Positions 25,908 through 35,304 of a stretch of 37,911 nt of DNA are shown here, in pieces. A program made the translations under genes and the position numbers. The stretch covers positions 1-37,911 of IMG/VR virus record IMGVR_UViG_3300048577_000469; one strand, 5' to 3'. The notes beneath the pieces were generated by a model that was not told the DNA's origin, searched no databases, and saw only the letters and a program-made list of their open reading frames with translations. Each line of letters starts with the position of its first letter. The first letter of the stretch is position 1. The DNA comes from a virus. Taxonomy: Duplodnaviria; Caudoviricetes.

Positions 25908-26102
25908 ATGAAACACGTCGAACGACTGCCGTTTGCCGGCGACGCGCATTGGGGCAAAGGCGGACGCTTTGTGCTGATCGACGGCCGGCGCGTTCCGGCT
26001 GAATCGGTCCAGCAGCCTGGGTCGCTCGAATCTCCCGTGGCCGCGCCAAGCGCGCCGGCCAACTCATCCCAGAAACCTACCCGCAGAAAGAGAGGCCAGT
26101 AA
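25908..26102 (+). CDS. Hypothetical protein
   Basis: GGAGG SD; GKGGRFVL.DGRRV. Confidence 0.6.
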   Translation: MKHVERLPFAGDAHWGKGGRFVLIDGRRVPAESVQQPGSLESPVAAPSAPANSSQKPTRRKRGQ

Positions 26103-27056
26103 ATGCCGAACCTGATCACCAATCCACAGAGCGCCACCCGCACCGCCGTGCTGGTCAAGCGCGAGACCGGCGGCTATGGCGTCGATGCCACCCCGGACGG
26201 CTTGATCGACTGGATCGAGGCGCGCGAGCTTACACATACGCCAAGCGAAGATGAAACCGTCGACCGCAACATTGAATTGCCCTATCACGGCAACGGCGGC
26301 ACCCTCATTACTGCACAGTGGTCGAAGTTGTCATTCTGGGTAGCGATGGCTGCCGGTGGCGCCGCTGGCGTCGCGCCGAAGATCGCCCCTCTGCTCCTGG
26401 GCTGCGGCTTTGCCGAGACCGTCGATCCCGATACCTCGGTGACCTATACGCCGGTTTCCGACGCCTACGGCAGCCTGAGCGCCTATGCCTATGTTCACAA
26501 GGAGTGGCAGAAGATGCTCGGCATGCGCGGGGAGCTCAAGGGCTCGTGGTCGGCCAAGGGTCACTACAAGCTGACTTGCGAGCTTACTGCACTCTACGAT
26601 GTGCCTACCGCCGTCGCCGATATCCCCGCGGTGGATCGCACCGGCTGGCCGATTGAAAAGGCCGTCAACGCAGTTAATACCGCACCCATCGTCATCAACG
26701 GTACGAACCTGGCCGCCAGCGCCTTCGATTGGGCGATGGGCAACAACATCGCCAAGATCTCACTGCCTGGCCCGCAGCTTGAAGTCGCTATCACTCAGCG
26801 CAAGCCGACAGCGAGTTGCACGGTGCTGGCCATGCCGCTAGGGACCTTCAATCCCTATGCCTTGAAGGATGCGCAGACCGCTATCGCGCTGAGCAACGTC
26901 CACGGCACTGTGGTCGGCGCGCGCGTCAAGACCGAGATCAAGGGCACCATCATCGGCGTCGAGCGTACCAAGATCGAAAACATGGCGGCCTGGAACCTGA
27001 AGATCGAACCGCGTGCCGTCGATGGCAACGACGAGATCGTCCTGACCTACTTCTAA
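26103..27056 (+). CDS. Major tail tube protein (non-contractile tail)
   Basis: K.E..YGVD, AP..APLL.GCGFAET....VTYTPVS, G.RG, GNDE motifs; no sheath gene present. Confidence 0.82.
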   Translation: MPNLITNPQSATRTAVLVKRETGGYGVDATPDGLIDWIEARELTHTPSEDETVDRNIELPYHGNGGTLITAQWSKLSFWVAMAAGGAAGVAPKIAPLLLGCGFAETVDPDTSVTYTPVSDAYGSLSAYAYVHKEWQKMLGMRGELKGSWSAKGHYKLTCELTALYDVPTAVADIPAVDRTGWPIEKAVNAVNTAPIVINGTNLAASAFDWAMGNNIAKISLPGPQLEVAITQRKPTASCTVLAMPLGTFNPYALKDAQTAIALSNVHGTVVGARVKTEIKGTIIGVERTKIENMAAWNLKIEPRAVDGNDEIVLTYF

Positions 27057-27079
27057 CCAATCACCTAAAGGAAGCCGAT

Positions 27080-27589
27080 ATGGCACTCAGAGTACGCAAA
27101 TCCACCATTCGTAAATGGCCGGTCACTTTTACCCTCATGGTTGGCGACGATCTCGGCGACGTCTCTCCGGTCGAGCAGTCGTTTGTCGCGCACTGGAACC
27201 CGATTTCCGAGGCGGAACACGAAGCCTTGCTGAAAGAGACAGCAACGCAATTCGGCGATCCGATGCCGGACGACGACTCGCAGGCAGCTAAGGAAAAACG
27301 TGCCAAGCTGTCGCAGTCACAGATCCTGGAGCGCAATGCCTGGTATTACGCGCAACGCATCTGCGGCTGGGGTCCGGAAGTGGCCGGCGAGGATGGCCTG
27401 CCGCTGCCGTTTTCGCAAGACGCCCTCAAGGCACTTGTCACTGGCGAAGATGGCAACACGATCAGTGCCGCGTTGCTGGTCGCCGACCGGCAGGTGCGTT
27501 ACGGGATAGCCCCCGCAAAAAACGCCTCGACCTCGCCCGCGCCTGGGGCCGCTGCCGCCGGCAACGCGGGCGAGGCGAAGACGAGCTGA
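27080..27589 (+). CDS. Tail assembly chaperone (lambda G-like)
   Basis: AAGGAA SD; I.GW..V..EDG.PLPFS; AKN at the slippery site. Confidence 0.8.
   Translation: MALRVRKSTIRKWPVTFTLMVGDDLGDVSPVEQSFVAHWNPISEAEHEALLKETATQFGDPMPDDDSQAAKEKRAKLSQSQILERNAWYYAQRICGWGPEVAGEDGLPLPFSQDALKALVTGEDGNTISAALLVADRQVRYGIAPAKNASTSPAPGAAAAGNAGEAKTS
27517..27523 (+). other. -1 ribosomal frameshift slippery site A AAA AAC
   Basis: In-frame GCA AAA AAC; the -1 frame is open into the 27625-27882 ORF. Confidence 0.8.
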
Positions 27590-27882
27590 ACGACGCGCTC
27601 ACGTCGCTCGGCATTGCGGGCGACTTGAGCGTGCCCATAGAAGATGAAGACGAGATCCTCGACGTTTGGCCGGAAAACTGGCTGGTCTGGGATCTGTGGC
27701 ACATGCTCGGCAAGCGCTGGCGCCTGATCAGCGACTTGGCAGGAACCCGGTACCAGGGACTGGATCTGCAGCAGCTTGAGTCCCTGATGAACATGAAGCG
27801 GATCCCGCTGGAAGATCAAGAGCGGCTCCTCGAGCAGTTGGACGAAATGGAGGACGTGGCCATCGAGGCCATCTACGCATGA
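27520..27882 (+). CDS. Frameshift extension of the chaperone (GT-like, DUF1799-like)
   Basis: VWPENW..W, WR, GLD, L..ME..A motifs; no own SD. Confidence 0.75.
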   Translation, partial: KRLDLARAWGRCRRQRGRGEDELNDALTSLGIAGDLSVPIEDEDEILDVWPENWLVWDLWHMLGKRWRLISDLAGTRYQGLDLQQLESLMNMKRIPLEDQERLLEQLDEMEDVAIEAIYA

Positions 27883-30800
27883 CCGGACGATCACTCGAAT
27901 TCGGCATCAAGATCACCGCCGATGGTCGCGTGGCGATTGTCGAGAGCGGCAACGTCCGCACGGCGATCAAGGGGGTGGGCGACGAGGCGCGCACCGCTGC
28001 CGGCAATACGGACAAGCTGCAGGAGTCGATAGGCCGGGTTGTGGCGACCGGTGCCGCGCTGGCCGGGGTTGGCCTCGGCGCGTCGTTGCTGCGCGATACG
28101 GTCCGCGCTGCGGATTCGATGACGAACCTCGAATCCAGGATTCGGCTGGTCACCTCCAGTTTGCTTGAGCAATCAGCCGCATCGGATGCGGTCTTTGCCA
28201 TATCTCAGAATACCCGCCAGGCCCTGGATGCGACGGGTGATTTGTATTTCAAGATCGCCAAGGGCGGCGAGACCCTTGGCTTGTCGCAGCAGCGGATCAT
28301 TGGCCTGACTGAGACCATCAGCAAGTCGGTGGCCCTGTCCGGCGCCAGCGCCGAGAGTGCCAAGGCGGCCATCATGCAGTTTGGCCAGGCGCTGGCCAGC
28401 GGCACCCTGCGCGGCGACGAGCTCAACAGTGTGATGGAACAGACACCGGCCCTGGCCGAGGCCATCGCCAAGGGCATGGGCAAGTCGGTCGGCGAGCTGC
28501 GCGCTATGGGCGAACAAGGTGCGATTACGGTCCAGCAGATCGTGATGGCACTGGAAAAACAGGCGCCGGAGATTGCGCGGCAGTTTGGGGAAATTGCGCC
28601 GACAGTTAGCGCCAGTTGGCAGACGCTGGAGAATTCCGTTGTACGTTATATCGGCGACGCCAGCAAGGCGACTGGGGCGACAGCTGCGCTGTCCGGGGCG
28701 ATAGGCTCTGTTGCAGAGAATCTGCATGCTTACGCTGCTGTACTCGCAACGACGACTGCAGTCGGGCTTGGTGGCCTCATCGGGCAAAAGGCTCAGGCAG
28801 TTAAGGCATCTGTCGACGCGGCCCTGGCCATACGTGCTGAAACCGCTGCAACAGTAGAGGGAATGCGTGCCAATGTGGCAGCGCAGGCAGCGCGTGTGGC
28901 GGATCTCGAAAGTACGATGGCAAATGTTGCTGCTACGCGCGCAGCTGTGGTAGCCAAGCTGAATGAAGCAAATGCAACGGCAGCTGCATCTGCTGCCGTT
29001 GGTGCTCACGCGTACGCAATGCGTATAGCAGCGGAAGCCACTGCAGCTCGTGCTGTCGCAGTGGCTGAGCTTGCAGCCCTAGGCCGCCTGCAAGCGACCA
29101 CTGAAGCTCAAATTACGGCTGCCACGGTTGCTCACACTGCAGCTGAGAATGCCCTTGCAACTGCGATGGTACGGAAATCGGCTGCGGCAACAGGCGCACG
29201 CGCAGTGATGGGAGCGCTGGGTGGTCCGATTGGTGTGGTTACAACAGCATTGATGCTTGGCGCAACGGCATGGATGTTATGGGGCGACCGTGCCGAAGAC
29301 GCCAGCCAAAAAGCTGCAAAGACCTTGCGCGATGCGCAAGACGCGGCGACCAGGACCGGTAAGGACACTCTGGAAGTGCTGAAGGCCTGGCGCGATACCG
29401 TGGCCGTCCAGTACTACGACAACCCGACCCATAACAATCCGGCCCGTGCCCGCCTGGCCGAGCTGGATGCCCTGGTGCAAGCGGAAGAGCGCGCTGCCGC
29501 GCGTAGTGTCGCTACCACCGGGCAGATCTCCGATGCCTGGAACAAGCTGCACCTGAACAAGGCGCAGCAGCGTGCGGCAGAAATCAGCGACCTCGACAAA
29601 GCCTATGCCGCCGAATCGGCCAAGGCCAAAGGCAATGGCGAGATGCAGCTGCGGCTGGCTGCTGATTATCAGTCCAAGCTCAAAGTCATCAACGACAAAT
29701 ATCGGGACAAGAAAGCTAACGATTCGGTCGATGATGCGACAGTCGAAGCCAACAAGGCCTATGCGCAGTCGATTACCGAACTGATCGGCATCGAAGCCAA
29801 GGCCACCGGATCGGTCAAGGACCTGACGGCTGCCGAGCAGGTGCGGCAGAAGCTCATCACCTCCGGAGCCTGGGACAAGCTGGCGCCGGAAACGCGCAAG
29901 GTGATCGATGCCTACATTGCCTCCGCGAATGCCGCGCTAGATTCGGCCGAGGCAACAAAACAGTGGTCCGCCGCCGCGAACCAGGCGCAACAGGAAGCCA
30001 CGAAGAAGCTCGAAACCCTTGAGCAACAAGCCATCGCCTCAGAACAGGAAATCCGCTACTACGGCATGACCGAAGGCGCGATCCAGCGCGACATCGTTGC
30101 GCGCCTCGAGGAACGGCGCACCATCGAGGCGGGCATTGATGGCCATGAGGCCACGGTAGCCGCGCTCGACAGGGAGATCGCAGCACGCAAGCGGCTGGCG
30201 GGATCGGCTGACGCGAAAGACATGCTCGACGCCAACAAGCGCGCCGCGGCCGACCTGGTGCAGGAATACGCCAGAGGGTACGAGAACATCGAGCGCGGCC
30301 TGACCGATGCGATCATCCAAGGCGGTGAAGATGGTCTCGATAGCGTAGAGAAGATGTTCTCGCGCTCGTTGAAGGCGATAGCCGCGCAGCAGTTGGTTAT
30401 CCGCCCGATCATCCAGCCGATCTATGCGACTGGCGCCTCGCTGATGGGCGTCGATATGAGCAAGGCCGGTGGCAGTTGGGCCACCTCCGGGAATCTTCTA
30501 CAGACTGGTAGCAATGCCTATTCCCTCGCGTCAGGAAACGTATTTCAATCAGCCGGCGGTTGGGCACAACAAGCCGGGATATCGCTACAAAACGCTTCTT
30601 TCAATGTTGGTGGTGAGCCGCTCTACAACTTCGGTCAGTCTCTCTACGATTCAGCTCAAACCATTCAAGCAGCCTCCGATGTGTTCGCATATGCGGCGGC
30701 GCTCAACTCGGCATCTGACGGGAAATGGGGCCAGGCGATAGGCCAGGCTGCCGGCTACTACTTCGGCGGTCCGGTGGGTTCGTTCATTGGATCGACGGTG

Positions 30801-32816
30801 GGTGGCTTTGTCGATGATCTGTTTGGCGGCGGCGGCGGGCCAAAGCCCACCAGCCGCTATGTCAATCGCCCTGGCGACGACAAGACGACGGGCGGACCTG
30901 CTGCACAAACGCTGGAAACGTGGACCAAGAGCGCCGTTAGTACCTTCGATTCAATTGCGGCTCTGTACGGCTCTGCCGCTCGCGCCACCTACCAGCGCGC
31001 CTACCTGGCCACCGATCCAGAAGGCGACGCCAAGACACAGCTAGACCTGTGGTTGCAGGGCGCCGACCTGAGCACGATCTATCGCCGCCGCGATCAGTAC
31101 AACGGCCAGACAGAAAACGTCGGCCGTAGCGATGCCGAGCTACAGGCCGCGATGGCCGACACCCTGCGCGACTCGATTCTGTTGGGGGTGGCAAAAGCAG
31201 ACATCGGCACGCCAGCCGTCGTGGCCCTGTTCGATAAGTTTGAGAACAAGTTGGGTGATTTGTCCGCCACGCGCGGCGACGCCCTGGTGGCTGCCTTAAC
31301 CGGCAACTGGCTCGATGAGCTGGTCACTGATGCCGGCATGGCCGGCAAGTCGATTGAGGACATTTCCGATGCTGCCGTCAAGCTGGTAAGCGTATCCGCT
31401 CTCAAGGCGCCTCTGGACCAGCTTGGGTTTAGCTTCGTTGCACTGGCGCCGAAGCTGGCGACCGTGCTCGGCAGTGTCGATGCAGCTGCCTCGGCCCTTG
31501 GCGCGTACTATGGCAACGACGCGTACTACAGTGCGGCGGAACGGCGCGCCAGAACGCTGGCGACGATCAGCGCCGAATTCGAGAAATACGGTGCGGTGAT
31601 GCCGAAGACCACGGCGGAATGGCGCCGGCTGACAGAGCAGGTGGCGGCGATGGGTGAATCCGGCGCCGAAGCCTTTGCCAAGCTGGTCGGCTATTCCAGC
31701 GCGTTTGCCGATGCCGTAAGCACCGATACGGCATCGGTTACGCAGCAAGCCGATGACGCTCGTGCCGCGCTGATTTCCAGATACCAGGAGGAAATCTCCG
31801 TACTGGAAAACACTCGAGACAAGTTCGCCGGTTTTGCCACGTCGCTCAAGGCGTTTCAAAACTCGCTACGCCTTGGTGATCTGTCCACACTCTCACCGCT
31901 GGCGAAATACGACGAAGCCAAGCGCCAGTTTGACGACGTGTCGCGCCGTGCGCGCCTGGGAGAGACCTCTGCCATCGAGCAGCTGCAGAACGTCAGCCAG
32001 TCGTATCTTGAGGCATCGCGCGGCTATTACGCCAGTTCGCCGCAGTACGCTGCCGACTTCCAGTCGGTGATGGATGCCGTCGAGGGAACAGAAACGCTTG
32101 CCGAGCGCCAGGCGGGCATAGCAAAAGAGCAGCTCGACACTTTGACTGGGCTAGCCGTCAAATTTGGCCTGGTCGAAGCGCATACCGCCAGCCTCGAGGA
32201 CTTGATTAGCAAATGGGTCGCTGCCAATACTGCTGCCGGCATCGCTACGCCTGGCGTGACTGGCGCCTCTATCACGACTAGCGGGGTGACCAGCGTCAGC
32301 AGTGCCACCGACGAGCAGATGGGGGTTTTCCGGCAAAACTACCTCTCTTCGCTTATCGGGCGCGCTGCGGCCGATCCCTCTCTGGCCGAGAGTGCCGCTG
32401 CGCAGGCGGCAAGCGCCGGCTTCTCTGCCGACCAGATTGCCGCCACCTGGAACACTAAAACCGGTTCATCTGTTTCTGGCGCCGATGTGACCGCCTGGGC
32501 CCGAGACCTCGGCATCAAGGGGTTCGCTACGGGCGGCGAACACACCGGCGGTCTGCGCCTTGTAGGGGAGCGCGGCTGGGAAGTGGAAGCCACCGGCCCG
32601 GCGCGTTACTGGAACCAGGAGCAGCTTGGCCAGGCGCTTCGTACTTCCACCTCGGGCGACCGCGAGACGCTGGGTGAGTTGCGGCGTCTCGCCGAGCGTC
32701 TCGATGCACTGATATCTGCCGTCAATGCTGGTCAGGCTGTGAACGTACAGCAGGCGCGCGAGCTCAGGCAGCACCTGTCAGCGGCGATGTCGCTGACCGC
32801 ACGGAGGGCAGCGTGA
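27879..32816 (+). CDS. Tape measure protein
   Basis: 1645 aa, Ala-rich; QFGQALASG.LRGDELNSVMEQ.P domain; C-terminal FATGG.H.GGLRLVGERG.E. Confidence 0.93.
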   Translation: MTGRSLEFGIKITADGRVAIVESGNVRTAIKGVGDEARTAAGNTDKLQESIGRVVATGAALAGVGLGASLLRDTVRAADSMTNLESRIRLVTSSLLEQSAASDAVFAISQNTRQALDATGDLYFKIAKGGETLGLSQQRIIGLTETISKSVALSGASAESAKAAIMQFGQALASGTLRGDELNSVMEQTPALAEAIAKGMGKSVGELRAMGEQGAITVQQIVMALEKQAPEIARQFGEIAPTVSASWQTLENSVVRYIGDASKATGATAALSGAIGSVAENLHAYAAVLATTTAVGLGGLIGQKAQAVKASVDAALAIRAETAATVEGMRANVAAQAARVADLESTMANVAATRAAVVAKLNEANATAAASAAVGAHAYAMRIAAEATAARAVAVAELAALGRLQATTEAQITAATVAHTAAENALATAMVRKSAAATGARAVMGALGGPIGVVTTALMLGATAWMLWGDRAEDASQKAAKTLRDAQDAATRTGKDTLEVLKAWRDTVAVQYYDNPTHNNPARARLAELDALVQAEERAAARSVATTGQISDAWNKLHLNKAQQRAAEISDLDKAYAAESAKAKGNGEMQLRLAADYQSKLKVINDKYRDKKANDSVDDATVEANKAYAQSITELIGIEAKATGSVKDLTAAEQVRQKLITSGAWDKLAPETRKVIDAYIASANAALDSAEATKQWSAAANQAQQEATKKLETLEQQAIASEQEIRYYGMTEGAIQRDIVARLEERRTIEAGIDGHEATVAALDREIAARKRLAGSADAKDMLDANKRAAADLVQEYARGYENIERGLTDAIIQGGEDGLDSVEKMFSRSLKAIAAQQLVIRPIIQPIYATGASLMGVDMSKAGGSWATSGNLLQTGSNAYSLASGNVFQSAGGWAQQAGISLQNASFNVGGEPLYNFGQSLYDSAQTIQAASDVFAYAAALNSASDGKWGQAIGQAAGYYFGGPVGSFIGSTVGGFVDDLFGGGGGPKPTSRYVNRPGDDKTTGGPAAQTLETWTKSAVSTFDSIAALYGSAARATYQRAYLATDPEGDAKTQLDLWLQGADLSTIYRRRDQYNGQTENVGRSDAELQAAMADTLRDSILLGVAKADIGTPAVVALFDKFENKLGDLSATRGDALVAALTGNWLDELVTDAGMAGKSIEDISDAAVKLVSVSALKAPLDQLGFSFVALAPKLATVLGSVDAAASALGAYYGNDAYYSAAERRARTLATISAEFEKYGAVMPKTTAEWRRLTEQVAAMGESGAEAFAKLVGYSSAFADAVSTDTASVTQQADDARAALISRYQEEISVLENTRDKFAGFATSLKAFQNSLRLGDLSTLSPLAKYDEAKRQFDDVSRRARLGETSAIEQLQNVSQSYLEASRGYYASSPQYAADFQSVMDAVEGTETLAERQAGIAKEQLDTLTGLAVKFGLVEAHTASLEDLISKWVAANTAAGIATPGVTGASITTSGVTSVSSATDEQMGVFRQNYLSSLIGRAAADPSLAESAAAQAASAGFSADQIAATWNTKTGSSVSGADVTAWARDLGIKGFATGGEHTGGLRLVGERGWEVEATGPARYWNQEQLGQALRTSTSGDRETLGELRRLAERLDALISAVNAGQAVNVQQARELRQHLSAAMSLTARRAA

Positions 32817-34426
32817 GCAAAGCCATCGCCCTCTTTGAAATCGAAGCCTATCGCCTGGCGGATGGGGTTCTGGAAACACTGCGCTTCTGCGATGGCATCG
32901 CCTGGCGCACGCGCCCTACCGAGACGCCGGCCAATGCGCTCTACAGCCCGCGCATCGCCGATACCGGCTGGACACGTACAGATGTGTTCTCGGCGCCGGG
33001 CAGTTATGGCCGCGTGACACCCGGTGAAGTCGTGCTGATCGACGCGGACGGCACGCTCGGTACCAGGCTGCTCGGCTATTCCTTCGGTGGCCGCCGTATT
33101 ACGCTCCGCCTCGGCGAGCGCGGCGCGGATTATCCGTCTGGCTACACTGTCGTGCTCGCGGGTAGCCTGTCCGGCGAACCGTCTTACAGCATGGGCCGTA
33201 TCACCTTCCGTCCGGCCGATCTCGCGGGAAGCATGCGCAAACCGTTTCCGGTGCCGGTCTATGCCGGAGACAACGTACTGCCGGATGGGTTGAATGGCGT
33301 TGATGACATCAAAGGCCGCGTCAAGCCGATTGTGTTCGGCCTGGCCAGCAACATGACGCTGATTTGTGTCAACACCAGCAAGCTGATTTATCAGGTGCAT
33401 ACTGCGCTTCCTGCGCTGACCGCTGCTGTGACCCTCTCGGCCTTGCGTGATGCTGGGGTTCCGCTTTCGGCAGGCGGAGCGTATGCAACCGTTGCTGATC
33501 TGCTCGATAACGCCCAGGCGCCCGCTGGTGGTTATTACAAGGTCTTGGCAACCGTGGCTGATGGCACCTATGTGCGGATCGGAATGAAGCCGGCCGGTGC
33601 CTTGACGGGGGATGCCGCCTACGGCAACGCAGCAGACCGCACCCACGCCCAGGTATGGCGGCGCGTGCTGCTCTGCATGGGCGTCGATAGCGCCGACATC
33701 AGCGCTGCCGACGTGGCTGCCCTCGACGCTGCGCTGCCGGGTGAAATCGAATTCATGCTTGATGACGAGCGCGATGCTGACCAGGTGCTCAACGATCTCG
33801 GCGACAGCGCAGGCGCTGCCTGGTATGGAGATGATCTCGGTAAGTGGCGCATCACTCAATGGACGGCGCCGGTAGGGACTCCCGTGGCCACACTGCGAGA
33901 GCTGCGCACCATCGACATGGATCTTGCCGATCCTGTCGGCAATGGTGATGTGGCGCCTGCCTGGCGTGTTGTCCTCGACTATGGGCGTAATTGGACGGTT
34001 CAGGCTGATGCCGACCTAGGCGGCGACAAGACCAGCCCGAGCGATAGTGTGCGCGCTCCTGGGGGCCGCGCCGGCCTGGCTGCACGTGCCTGGCTCGGGC
34101 AGGAAATGCGCAGCGTGCCGGTCGATGATGCAGCCATCAAGACAGACTACCCGCCTGCCATCGAGCTGCGTTTGACCAGTCTGCTAGCAGATGCGACTCA
34201 GGCTAGCAATTTCGCAACGTCGCGCTTTGGTCTATACAGCGTCGCGCGGCAGATGACGACACTGACTCAGCGGCTCGACGCGACGCAGATCGGCACGGTA
34301 CGTCCGGGAGCTGTGGTGATGGTCTATGGTGATCGTTGGGGTTATGCGAATGGTCGCTTGATGCGTGTGGCGGGCGCATTGATTGATCAGGCCGCGAAGC
34401 GCGCGCAGCTGACGGTGTGGGGGTGA
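32813..34426 (+). CDS. Tail tip/hub protein
   Basis: Follows the tape measure gene; GRVKPIVFG motif. Confidence 0.65.
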   Translation: MSKAIALFEIEAYRLADGVLETLRFCDGIAWRTRPTETPANALYSPRIADTGWTRTDVFSAPGSYGRVTPGEVVLIDADGTLGTRLLGYSFGGRRITLRLGERGADYPSGYTVVLAGSLSGEPSYSMGRITFRPADLAGSMRKPFPVPVYAGDNVLPDGLNGVDDIKGRVKPIVFGLASNMTLICVNTSKLIYQVHTALPALTAAVTLSALRDAGVPLSAGGAYATVADLLDNAQAPAGGYYKVLATVADGTYVRIGMKPAGALTGDAAYGNAADRTHAQVWRRVLLCMGVDSADISAADVAALDAALPGEIEFMLDDERDADQVLNDLGDSAGAAWYGDDLGKWRITQWTAPVGTPVATLRELRTIDMDLADPVGNGDVAPAWRVVLDYGRNWTVQADADLGGDKTSPSDSVRAPGGRAGLAARAWLGQEMRSVPVDDAAIKTDYPPAIELRLTSLLADATQASNFATSRFGLYSVARQMTTLTQRLDATQIGTVRPGAVVMVYGDRWGYANGRLMRVAGALIDQAAKRAQLTVWG

Positions 34427-35304
34427 CAGTGGATAACGTAACCTTTGGTGCATTCAACTGGTTATTACCCACGATAGCGGTCACTCCGACCGTATCGTTC
34501 CCAGCCGGATCCGGCTGGATAGATCCCGAGCTGCTGACAGGTCCCGTGCTATCCGAGATGGCGCGCTGCCCTTCGGTCGATCCTGCTGATACGCAGATGG
34601 TTTGGGACATGGGAACCGAGCGAGCCGTGCGGGCGCTGGCCATGCCTTTTCATAGCTGTACCGTGGGCGACCGTGTCCGTGTCCAGGTGGCAACCGATGC
34701 GGCTTTCTCCAGCGTTGTCATCGATACCGATTGGCAGGATGTGGTCGGCGAGTGGTTCCCCTTCGGTTCGTTGCCCTGGGGCCATCCGAATTTTTGGGGC
34801 GGTCTACCGACCGCCGAAGACCTCGACGGCTACTGTCCGCCCTGGTTTTATATTGCTGACGCGGCGGTCCTTGGCCGCTATGTTCGCTGGCTATGGGATG
34901 TATCCGGCAGCACCCTGGGCTATCTCGACGTCGGCCGGCTATTTGTCGGCGATGTCGTACAGCCGCGGTACAACTTGTCCTATGGGGTTCAGGTCGGCTA
35001 CGTCGATAAGAGCAAGACAGAACGCTCGCGCGGCGCCGCCTTATTCGGCGACCAGGAGGAAAAATACCTATCCGCCTCGTTTGCCCTTGATTATCTATCG
35101 CAGGAAGAGGCGATTGGCCAGGTGATGGAAATGCACCGCCGCCTCGGAACGACTGAACCGTTCTTCTGGGCCTACAACCCGGCCGATGGTCTGGCGCTGC
35201 GCACCAAGCGCATGTTTATGGCGCGTTTTGCTTCGCTGGACAAGATCGAACATCCGAAATACGGCATCTATGCCGTCCGCTGCAATATCGAGGAGTACAA
35301 GTAA
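34423..35304 (+). CDS. Minor tail protein (distal tail-like)
   Basis: RYVRW, GYLDVGRLF.G...QP.YN.SYG; position. Confidence 0.6.
   Translation: MTVDNVTFGAFNWLLPTIAVTPTVSFPAGSGWIDPELLTGPVLSEMARCPSVDPADTQMVWDMGTERAVRALAMPFHSCTVGDRVRVQVATDAAFSSVVIDTDWQDVVGEWFPFGSLPWGHPNFWGGLPTAEDLDGYCPPWFYIADAAVLGRYVRWLWDVSGSTLGYLDVGRLFVGDVVQPRYNLSYGVQVGYVDKSKTERSRGAALFGDQEEKYLSASFALDYLSQEEAIGQVMEMHRRLGTTEPFFWAYNPADGLALRTKRMFMARFASLDKIEHPKYGIYAVRCNIEEYK

Noticed and set aside
26816-27079. N-terminal extension of the chaperone ORF
   Set aside because: Overlaps the tube gene; the SD supports ATG 27080
16687-34643. Many long minus-strand ORFs opposite late genes
   Set aside because: Shadows of well-supported plus-strand structural genes
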